Source: Catajapyx aquilonaris
Taxonomy: Eukaryota
Direction: 5' to 3'
NCBI GenBank assembly: GCA_000934665.2
Contig: KZ538335.1
Location: forward strand, 1-64,000
Length of the DNA: 64,000 nt
Made by a program: the position numbers and the translations under genes. This document shows, in pieces, positions 47,501-59,500 of the stretch (position 1 is the first letter of the stretch; every line of letters begins with the position of its first letter). The notes under the pieces are model-generated. The model saw only the letters and a list, made by a program, of their open reading frames with translations, was not told the DNA's origin and searched no databases.

Positions 47501-50500
47501 GCCTCAAAATTAACGGAAATTTCACTCAAGCCAATCCGATCCAAAAAAATATATATAATATTTAGCTTGTACGCAATGATAAACAATATATCTTATTACA
47601 GGTGTATCCAGCCGGAATTCTCCCTGCGGAATTCATATATACGGCCGCAAAAGTAATTTGGGAATTCCTCTGCCCTGGGGCCGGGATTGAATAAAGCCCG
47701 CATATTTGCCCTCTCTCTACTCCTCCGCCCCTTTTAAGTTATTGCGCTCAAGTTAGAACGCATAGCTCTGGTCCGAGAATAAATTGGAATTTTCTACGAA
47801 TGACCACAGGCACCTGGGAGGAGGAGGAAGAAAAAAAAGTGAACATGGAGCTACGAAAAAAAAAAAGAGTTCTATCTCTGGTTGGCGCCAATCTGTGGTC
47901 GTGTCCAAAGGCATCGGAGCAGAAAACTCGTCTGACAAATGCTCGTCTGCTCTCATTCCCGCTTCCCATGGAAATATTGGGCCAGAGAGACCCCCAAGCT
48001 AAAATGGAAGCTCCCGCAACTTGGGAATCCAATTACTCACCGCTCTTTTTCTCGGGTCTTCTTCAACCGTGGTCTTCTGGGACTCTAAGGGTCATCCTGA
48101 ACAACAGGCAACCAACCTGGCAGGTACAGCCGCCAAAGCTTAACAAAAACCGCTCATCGTAACAATACGGCTGGGTCGACCCCAATTTGGGTGTACTTAG
48201 TGGACCTTCAGGTAGACCGATACCAATATCTTAGTTTACATAATCAGAGGAGGAGGGCAAAGGGCATGGAATAGGTAGCCTGCATCCAATTAGATCGAAT
48301 CCGAATTGGAACGTAACGGTTCGTTATCAGCAGGTATTTTCTGTCCTTATCGTCCTTTCACTAACACAAAGTTTAACTTTGTACTTGTAAAGTGCTGATC
48401 AAACGCTAGGTCCCCAATTCATAAATAATCATCTCTCACATAGATATGACGATGGATTTAAAATGTTAAGAGGCGCAATTACGTTGTTGTCGAGATGATG
48501 GGGCTGACGTCGTAATCTAGGTTGGTTTGGCACCTGCGTACGTTTCAAGAGAGAGTTTAAAAAAAAAAAAGTTTTACAACAGTTGCGTGGATATTCTCAA
48601 GGCGACCAAGACGGTGTGGAATCAACCTGAAGTTTATGCTAATCGATGGTGATAACGCCTGGCCTTTAAGCACATTCGATTTGAATTATGTATTTCTCCG
48701 TTACGAGGGGGGGGGGGGGGTGCTGCTGCCCCGAGCCAGAATGGTCGAATTTGCATATAATCTGCGCAGAATTGAATGTTCACGAGTACTGCCAGCGCAC
48801 CAGTGGAATCGCAATCGAAATGAGATCTCAATAGTGCATTTAAATATATACAATGAATCGAATCATACTGATGTAGGTTTTCGCTATATCGCATGCAAAT
48901 TAGATTAATTATGCAATGTCAGAAAATCCTCCGATTCCTCATCAGAAATGCTTTAACATGGGGAGTGCAATCGCAATTCGTAATCCGATGTACATTTTGT
49001 CATGTAATCATAGGTTGCTATTGGGCCAAGACCCTGAGTGACCTCTTGGGGTCTGCAGCTATGACCTACAATGACGTCACAATGGCGACCATATCTTGAA
49101 TCAAATGGACAATTATTTCAAGGGCACTGAGGTCGCACCTCTTGCTTTCCGAAAACGAAGGTTATGTAAGCAATAAATTACATGAGACCACACGTACACT
49201 CATAATAGTCTGTACACTAACTTGAAAAGAGAAGTGGTGAACCCCCCACTTTGGCAGATTAGATTCCAATATTCGGCGTAACGTCCGCAAACTCCCCGAG
49301 ACCCGTGTAAGTGTTGCCAATATTTTTTTTCCCCCCCCCCCATCCTCTTCCAGTTCCCATAAGAGGGTAGTCACGCAAGAGTAGACACGTACCGAAGGAC
49401 AAAACCAGTGTTCTGGAGTGAGAGTGGAGGGTGGGTGGGGATGGGAACAGGGGGAGGGGGAGGATGGAGAGAAAAAGGTTCCAAAAAATGAAGAAGAAAT
49501 GGACTCACCAGGCGGCGCTCTGGAAGCAGCAGATCCCAAAGGGACGAAGAGGCGTCTGGGCAAACGCGCCAATTCTTCGGCCGAGTGGACGAAATCTGTA
49601 GAGAAAAAGAGTCTAAGTGGTATGTGGGGCTCGTTTTGACGCCAACGACACGTGTCCTTGTCTAAACCCATGCACCATTAACCAATCAAGCTGGGTTCAC
49701 ACGGCTGTCGTTGTCTCCCGGTCCACAAATCAACGTAGACATCAACCACAGACATATAAAACTTACATAGTATGTTTCCATTGGCAAAAATTATTATCTG
49801 AGCTGACTGTCGTGGCAACTCCTCCCACAACGTACGGCCTACAGCTTTGGGAGTGCTGTCCAAATTTTGCCCGTGTTTTCTATATCTGCAAACCACTTTT
49901 GTTTTTTGGGGAACGGTGCCGATGGACATTGCAAAACTCAAAAAAACAGCTGCCTGCGGCCGTTCCACGTAATCACCATTTCCGCCGTTCCGGGCGCCAC
50001 CTCCTGGGTGTGGCTTACTTCTGCACTTCACCGTCGGATGGCGCTGCCTTTTCGCACTTTCCCCCAAATTTTTGCCTAGTTTTTAATATTTTTTAAAAAA
50101 CAAATATATAATATAAACCAGATCACCCTTTGCTTGTCTCCGAGTGTACCACCTACAAGGTATGTCCGCGTCAAAGTTTGCGTGCAAAGGTTGGCCACCG
50201 CCTTGCATTGGTAAGCGCGCTGCTTCTTCCCACGTTCTTCTGCATGCCCCGCCACCCAAAAGGCCCCCAGGAAAAAGAAGCAGGGGGNGAGAGAGAAGGC
50301 GAATGAACATAACAACAAAAAAAGAAAGAAGCAGAGAACTTGTTGTGATATTTCGTTTACGTGAGGACCTGCTTGATGCGGCGGCAAATTAGGAGCCCAG
50401 CACGCACATACACCTTCGTCGTGCTTACCAAACTACACGACGAACACATTCTGCACGCCCGCACACGATGAACCAAAAATCGACAAAAATTTGGTACACC

Positions 50501-53500
50501 CTGTATATATTTCAGTAGCGAACAGGATGAAATAATTACAGCTCTAGTCACATTCTCACCATTATGTTCAAAGAGCATGCTCTTCAATTTGTTCCGTGAT
50601 TAAAAATTGCTACCTTGTGGTTACAAGTGTTTCGCATAAGTTCCTTTGGAGTGGAATCTGAATGGTCTCATTTCCGTTGACGTGGAAACAAATGTCTCTA
50701 TACAAAAAGGGGGGGCGTCGTGCATGGACTCCCAGCTGTGAGCATACAAACACACACACACGAACGAACGAACGAACGAACGAAAAAAAGGTTCTCCAGG
50801 AGTTAAATGTGCCGCTTCCTGCACCCCCCCTCCCCCTCCTTCCACCGAATTTATATCTATGGAGAGGGGGGGTCCCCAGTCAGGAGCAGCTGCTACGGTA
50901 CTCAAGTACTATAACCCCCCTTGGCTTGCCCCTAACTTTATGGATACGTCTGCCTCATTTTCGGCAAATTGGAAAGCAGCTTTTTGCAAATTCGGTCTTG
51001 GACACAACGGAAGAAACGTAGTCAGCAAAAAAAAAAATCCCATGAATTTTACGTCCTGACAGAACTGGACGTCTAAAACGCGACCGTAACGAATATTTAA
51101 ATTTAAACCTTGAAATAGACGGTGTTATGTAATAATGAGTTAACCAACATGAGAAAAATGGCACCTGTGTCCATTTATGACAGAAGTATGCACATTTCTG
51201 TCAGCTTTTTAACTTAATGAAATACCTTGATGTTCCTTGGCTTTGACATTTTTGGTGGGTTGACACATTATTGCATAACACCGTCCAAATATTCGTATTT
51301 TAATTCGTAATTAATTGTCATAATTTTACATTTCATATCCATGCGATATTATATAGCTTTTTTATTTTAAAAAATTTAATATTTGATTCATTTGTGCTCC
51401 AAGTACTGGTCGACGGATGTTTTTCTCCTATATACAATATGTAAACAACAGTGTGATGGCCAGATCTAAATGACAAGGACGTCATAAACGTGTGGTGTGG
51501 TCATCTTATTGCTTATGCCCATATGCTTCTAACCTAATTAAGCATGCAGGTCGGCACTTGCAATTGCACAAAACTGGCTCTTGCACCTGTGGGAAGGGGG
51601 GGGGGCCTCGCCTACCTTTCCAACCAGTCTGTATTTCAGCGAGAAATAATTTCTGCCAGCTTCCCCGCTGACGGACTCTTTAATGGCTTGCGGGGGTTTT
51701 TCGACTGAGAAAATGAAAAAAAANGGGGGGGGGGGGTAGCTCATATAGGTAATTTTCCCTTTTGCCTCCCCCTCCACTCATATATGGCTTCTGTCTTCAG
51801 GAAAAACAGTGTGACGGATGTGCATACCCAAACAGAGGTCACCTACTGGGGGCCTTCCTGGATGGGTAAGGGTTGCAATTAGTGTGGATGTGAGTGGACA
51901 CGGTCCTTATACTGGTTTTGCCAGGATAGCCAACGTGGGCTACTGGCTTTCTCTTCGCCAATCTGCATTTTAAGTGCTTCGTGGCCCAAGTTCCGCGTAA
52001 TATACCGTTAATATTTGTAAAACTAAAAAATTTCGAGTGGTTATAAAATATTCGTTTAAAATAGCAGGTTGAACGAATAACCCATTTTTAAATATATAAC
52101 TGCAGCTAATATTTTTGACCAAACGAAATGTATGAACACAGTGTGTATAATGCTTAAGTGATGCACAATATTGTGGTGTCCATTCCGGCAGCATAATCGC
52201 TTGACCATGCAGGAACGTGTGTAAACCCCCCAATTTCGTGTCCAGTGGTTCGTTTTATTACGCGGGATCTCCAGAAAGCGTAATATTTGCACGAAATGTC
52301 CTCGTTACATTTCATTCGCGTTCACTTTTTTTTTTCTTCTGCCCCGTAATATTTCACAGTCCGTTCGAAAAGGTTACAGTTCAGCGAGCAATGCGTGTGG
52401 TCAGTTTGGGTTTCCAAACCGCGTTGTGTCCATCGCATGCGACTTTTGTGCAAAAGTTATATGCAAAAATTACGATTCATGGCTGCTGCTATAAGAACGC
52501 ATGGTTTTAAAAAAAAAGGTAATAATGTTTCCGCCGTAAATCATGCACATCAAGAAACTCATTACAACTGCTGTAATTAATGACTTGGTACGAAAAATTA
52601 TTCACTTTTCAGTGCACATGACACGACAGTAATATTAATTCCTTGTAGCAACTGCCAGAACTTTAAATGCTCACAATATATATATATACCTATTTCCCAT
52701 GCAATTGCAATTTAATTGTTACTACAGTGCATACGAACAACCGGGCCTAAACGATCATTACCATATACCTTTCCACACCCACATACACACTCCACATAAA
52801 AAACCCGACCTTCCCAAAATGTACATGCTTCCTCCCATGCCATACTTTCCCAGCTTAATAACACCGGTTCCCGACCAGACCGTCCCAAATCACACACTCA
52901 TTTGAACATAATAATATTCCTCCAATTTTTCCGCAGTTTCCCATGACCTCTGAGGGTTGCACCGCTACACATATCATCCCCTCGAAGAACTACTTTTCTA
53001 CATAAACGACGGGCCCCGGTGCTGCAGTGGGCGGCTTGTAGGGCTGCTGAAGTAATTGGGTTTGAGGGCAGAAGAGGAGCCAAGGCAAAGCAGGCCTAGC
53101 CCATTAATCATGCATTCGCGGAGCGTCATTCTGAAACCGGTTGACGACACTTCTACTTCTTTTTTTTCTGTTGGTTTCTTCCAAGGAGACTTTCCCTCCT
53201 GATCCGGTTGCCCACCATCCTCGATGAAAGGCATTTGCATGGGGTGCGCTCCCATATACCGCAAGTGACCAATTGAGGGTGACACAAAAAAAACCGGTAT
53301 GCTCCAAATCAGTGTTAAATACAGGAAGCGGCTAATCGTTCGTTAATTGCTCAAGTAGCCATTGTGACGTCACATTTTGGCGAATGAACCTACCTGGAGC
53401 ACAAAATATTTCAGAGTTTACAGCCGCATTAAAATGTCACGTGAATATCGTCATGTACCGTTAGATGGATTCACACCTGGGCATGACCAGCTTTGAGCCA

Positions 53501-56500
53501 TCCTCATTGAATCAGGTGCAACAATGTTGACTTGCCGCCTCCATGCACCGCTGCAAATTTCACAAAAATTTTTGCACAATTTTCCGAAGCGTATACCGGT
53601 TTCGCAACTTGCCGTGAAATGAGGCTCCCCCCGCTCGGTATAAGAATTTTGTTCATTAAAAACAGCGCGGGTTGATTAATGCTCGCTAATCGCTAACACC
53701 CGGAAACTTCGAATTACCCTTCCCGAGAGAGGATTATGAGTTTAATTACAGGTGTCGGAGGGAATGATCAAGATTAATTTGCAAATTTTTGGTTCAATCA
53801 CATCTACCATTAATAACGGGCTCGCAGGTGGGATGAGCTAGAAAGGTAACTCAGCGAGGACGCTACAATGACATATTTTCCAAACAAGTTTGTGCGCTCA
53901 TGTGAGGTAATCTCCACTCACTGTCAGTGAGTACATACAATGTTCCTATTGAAATCTCCGCTAGCAACTTTTGGCCTTAATAAATCCATATTTTCATATG
54001 AAAAAGGTAGCTGATTATTAAGCATTTAATTTTAGAAGCGGTCTACAATATTAACTGCTGATATTAGGTTGAATAGCTTGTCTACCAATGGAAATGCAGT
54101 AAGCCAAAGAACGCTCTGATGTCACGCCATGTTTTCTGAGCATGCGCATGGAAGCGTGGCTGAACGTGACGTCAGATCGTTTCAGTATGGTGAGGCTCAG
54201 CTTGGGACACAGAAGGCAGCCATTTTTAGGCAAGTTTGCGTGACATTGGGGAGTCCACAAGTATAGCAGCTACACATAACAGCTACCCGATGACCTCACC
54301 CTGTCGCAATCGGCCGGAGCGAAGATTACAGCGGAATTTGCATGTCCAGGGAGCAGGCCCAGTCCAAGGCCAGTCATCGCATAAGGGCGACTACATTCCT
54401 GAAGAACCGCGGCTCTTTTATGCACACAAAACCCCCAAGAAGCCAAGCCAAGACCGCCATTGTGTCACGTGCACCCACCCCACCTCCCTCAAGCAAAATT
54501 GTTCCGGAATTGGAAACTTGGGGAGAGAGAGACCAACCCGCATTCTTTCTCCGGAGCACCCCCCCCCCCCTCCCCAAACTGCCCGCAACTTTCATCTCGC
54601 ACAACCCGGACATAATACCGCCGGTATATAGTCACAAACTTCTATATATTTTTTTTTCCTGCACTTGACGCATTACGCTCCACTTGCCAACAAATGTAAT
54701 TTATTAAATTTTACTGCTGGCCGCTAGCAAGGGGGGGAAGTAGGTGGGCCCTAAAGGACTTCCTTTCCATAATGGAAAACGCTTCCTTCCCGCCATTTTC
54801 CGTTTGCAAGTCACAAACTATCGCAAAAGTTTTCCAGAATTCTGGTTAGGGGTGGATCATATGGCCCCCCTCCTTCTTCCAGTTCTTCTTCTTCTTCTCC
54901 CCCCCCTATCGCTATCATCCAGGGCACGAGCAAACTGCGAAGGCAATAGAGCGGCGGCTCCTAGTCCCCAAATGGGGCTCCGAATTGCGGGCCGAATAAT
55001 TCAAGGCGTGCACTATAAAGAGCCGAGCCTGGCTGTTCCGCCATCACTTTTCATTCCAAATTGTTAGCTTAATTCGATTCAAAGTCTCTTTATGGAGGGG
55101 GGGTCCTTCCTATAACCTCCTGGTCCGGTGTGAGCATACCTGCCGCATATTCTGTGGGGGGGTTATATGAAAGAGGGGGTAGTTCATCAACATTAATGCA
55201 GGCTATTGGTTGGAAGATGGTCCGAATTTATATTCTGGTGGTTGCTGGGGGGTAAACAAATGGTAGGTCAGTTTGGTCCAACCTTGATGTGAATCCTTGG
55301 TAGTGCTTATAAATATATAATAATTTTATGATCAATGTCCTTCAATGAGTATACCATGGAAAAAAATTGACTTCTGAGACAAACATCTTATCGGTAATAT
55401 CACGACATATTGGAGCCTACTGTCATCATGCTGATCAGCTGATGACAACAGTTCCGGTACAATTAATACACGTCACAGATTTCCCCACACTAAGTACCAT
55501 ATATCAACACTTACAGCTCAATATTCTCTTACAAGTACATAATCTTTGTACGATAATAACTGATACCGTGACCTTATTATTCAGTTTCGAAATGTTCAGT
55601 CCCCCCTTTTTTTCGAAAAAAAAAAAAATCGCACCCAACCATCCACTCAAAATTTACAACTACAAGTCCCGTTGGGCGCCTTTTAAAAAACACCGAAGAT
55701 TGGCCGAAATATTGGAACAAAGGACTGAAAAAGCTTCTCAAAAAAAAATATGGAGGGGGAGATAATTCGCGGCGCCGTATCCACTTGGGCCCCTATAAAT
55801 CCATTACAGGAAAAAAAGGGAAAAAAAGCTACAACCTCCCCCTGCACCTATTCTAAACCTCCCCAAAATTGGCTGTAACCCACTTTTTTTTTCTTTTCCC
55901 CCCACCCCCTCCCTACCTAACCACCACCTCACGCATAATCTCACCCACCCCATACCCTACCCCTAAGCCCCTACCCTTGTCCCAGACACACCCCTTCGCA
56001 TGCTGTCTCACTTCTTTCAGAAAGGGAGGAGGGTGCCTAACCTTCCTCACCAAAAACGCTGCTCCACATTCTTCTTTTTTTAATTTTCAAAAAAAAAAAA
56101 AAAAAGCTTCGATGCCACATCTGTTTTTCAATACATTTTTTAAAAAATAAAAAAACGCAGGAACATAATTTCCTGAACGTACGTAACATGTTTAATTGCA
56201 GTTTTTTTTTGTTGCAATGTGAACTGTACATAAAAATGACTGTTCTGCGTCATATCCAGAAACGCGTGAAAGTTCAGTTGGCATTGAGGTGCCAATTATA
56301 CTGTGGCGGCCTGTCAAAATGACGCCTTCATTAGCAGTCATAATGTTGTGTTATATTGCTTGACTTTCTCCAAATGTCACAAACGGTTCAATGGTCGTGC
56401 AATAAACGGAAAAAAACCTCCAAGATGCAAACGCCGAACTAATGACACACAAAAATGGGGTCAAGCAATGACCAATTATGCTTTTTGGTTGGCAGACATT

Positions 56501-59500
56501 TCGAGCACCTTGGTGGTAACATCGGCAACCATCATGACCATGAGAAGCAAATGAGAAACAAAAGCGGGTCAGCCGTTGGAACTTGCTGCTGCGAGGGAAG
56601 ACGTCGAAATGTTTAAAAAAAAAAACTGCCCCACCACCACCTCCAAAAAGGCCTGGGAGCTTTCTTCAGCTTGTCCGGTCAAGGTCATATCCTGAGGGTA
56701 CATTTTTTTCCCTCCTTCTTCCCTCCCGCCTTCTTCCCCCTAAAACCATTTTCCAACCACCTCTCGGTTCTTCCTGTGGCTTCCTTCCTCCCGTAGTTCT
56801 GGTAATGGAACGAAGCGAATCCGGGAATCTGGGGGCCCCCGCAATAAAACAGCACCTAAACACCCGCCCAATTACCCGTAGCTACCACCCCGACTTTCTC
56901 CCAAAAAACCTGACGTGGTCAATAAGAGTTGTCCGCGCCTTCCTCAAGACAGTCCCCCCCCCCCCCCTAAAAGACACCATTATGTACAGGTGTAGGTCAT
57001 CGCCAATGGATAATTAATCCAGCATGCAATTCTTCAGGGGGGGCTGTACCGTGAAATTCGGAGTAGTCTTCGGGCCAAATGCTTTTGGGACATGGTGGGC
57101 CCCAGTTGTGATAAATGAGTCCCAACGTAGGCAATTAGGCTGCCTGTCCATCGCACACTGGGGCCAGCCTTTGCCCACCTCACACTTATTCATTTTTTTT
57201 TCACTAACTGTAAAAGCTATAGGATTCTCTTTTTTTTGGAAAATCCATGCAAATATGTAGGGATTTTCCAAAAGTGGCCCAAAAAATTCGTACTTTTCAG
57301 AAGATTAAGCAGCCATATTACTAGAGCGTGATCAGTGCCGACTCGAACGACCTGACGTCACTGTGGCCACGCCCATTTTCCTGCCAATTTGCGAGTGACT
57401 TTTAAACCTGCTGATCTGCTCAAAAAGTACGAATTTTTCGGCCACATTCAATTTGCAAATGAGCAAACCCTAGTGTTATATATCTAGGAGGTTTCTTCGG
57501 CCCCTGGGCCATGAATTCGCCTAGACTCCACCCCCTACTTTTCAGCCTCGTAATTGAATCAGAGTTAAAAAGGGCGTCGAAAAACTCTGCGTGCTCGCTC
57601 CTTCCCCTTTTAATCTCCCCAGCACTCTTGCCCCAAATGCACCCTGGAGACCTGCCCACTACCTTTTCCTTCCCTCCTCCCCCCCCCTCCTCTTCTTTTC
57701 TTCTCCTCCTTCCCCCACCACCCACAGTTTCTTTCCTCCTCTTTTTTCTTCTTCAAACCTTCCCATCTACACACTCCTAGTGTTCACTTTTCACGTTTCT
57801 GGCTGAATTATCTTCACACTTAGGACTCAAACTAGAAACCGCGCTGGTGGAGGATTGAGATAGTGCTAAAACCACACTTTTCTCTCAAATGACTCACGAT
57901 CTAGTATAATAGAGCAGGAAGACGTCAGTTTTACTGGTGGCGTTATTTTTGGTGTTTTTTTTTCCCCCGCCCACATACAGAGGTTTCTAATTCTGTAAAC
58001 AGAATTCTATCATATTGTGGTCGAAATACTACAATATTTTTATCTAGGGTCGGATTATAGGTCAATACGTTGTGTAATGTTTTGGTTCAGGAAATGTTTG
58101 GCAATTTTGTTGCTTTCTACACAATTCTGCAAGAATATGAACTAATATTTTATGAAACTTAAATATTTCAAGGGCCAATAGTCTCGTAAAATTTATATGC
58201 TTACTCTCTGTAAAACATGACCAAACGGATCAGAACCGCGCAGTTTTGTGAAATATATCAAAAAAAAACACACACACATTCCCACTCCTGCGCCTAAATT
58301 TAAATTTCACCTCGCAAATGATATTCAAAACCATCCCTTCGCAACTTCGCAACACAGAAAAAAACATTAATAACACCCCCCCACCATCGCCTGTGGGAAC
58401 TCTATGTGGCAACAAGGATGCAAAGGTGCCCATTTCTACAGAAAAAAATGGATGTAAGCAGAAATTAGCATGCGCGAAAAATGAAGCTAGTGTGGCAATA
58501 CTATCTAATTTGCATGTGAGAATCCGCATCCATTCCCTCCCTCAGAGCGTGCCGTTCCCACAAACACTTTTTTTTATCAACTTCAACAAGCGATAACCTC
58601 TCTCCTTCTAGCCTGTCGACAGAACAAAAGCTGGAAAAAGAAGCTACCTGCCCAGGTGAGAGTGGCCGCCACCGCAAAATTTTCGGTGGGGTGTTTTTGT
58701 CCAGGATAAAAGCTTGCCACCCCCCTTATTCATGCCTGTCCGCAAACCCCTTTCATATCATCTCAGGCCCATTCTCATGGCGGGGGAAGAAATAATGCTG
58801 CAGGCACCTGTACCTCACAACCACAGTCGGGCGCCAATTTCTCATGAAATTTTGTGGACATTTTGTGCACCTGCCTGTTGTTTGTCCGGATCGTCCCGTT
58901 GGATTTGCCTGGGGAAATTCCGCTCAAAAATCTTGAGGTTCTAAGACATTCAGCATACGTCACAAGCCATGATATTGCAATATTGAAAGAAAGAAAGAAA
59001 AAAATCACTCGAAAATATCGAGTCGAACAATTAGCGAAAACTTTTTCACTCGCCTAAAATGTCTCACAAGGTGAAGCTGTGCTGGAGTAACAAACAACTC
59101 AAAAGTGAACCTGCAAAATATTTTGGCCTACCAAAAATGGCTCAGTCAATAGATCTGCAGATCATCTGAAATATTACTGAAAGAATGAGTAAAAGATGTC
59201 ACTCAAAATTGATTGAATTGAGTCATTCCAGAGGAAAATGCACTCAAAAGAAGAGGGCAATTTTTCAATCAAAATCACTCAAATTGAGGATGTATTACTT
59301 CAGGGTGACGCTCTTTCAAACGATTTCGTCAATTTTGAAGCAATTTGAGTCACTCCAATCGACAAGAATAGAGTGAAAATGAACTCAAAAAAGTGGGACA
59401 TTTTTCAAACAAAATCACTCAAATTGAGAATTAGGGTGACGCTCTTTCAAACGATTTCGTCAATTCTTGAAGCTATTTGAGTTACTCCAATCGACAAGAA

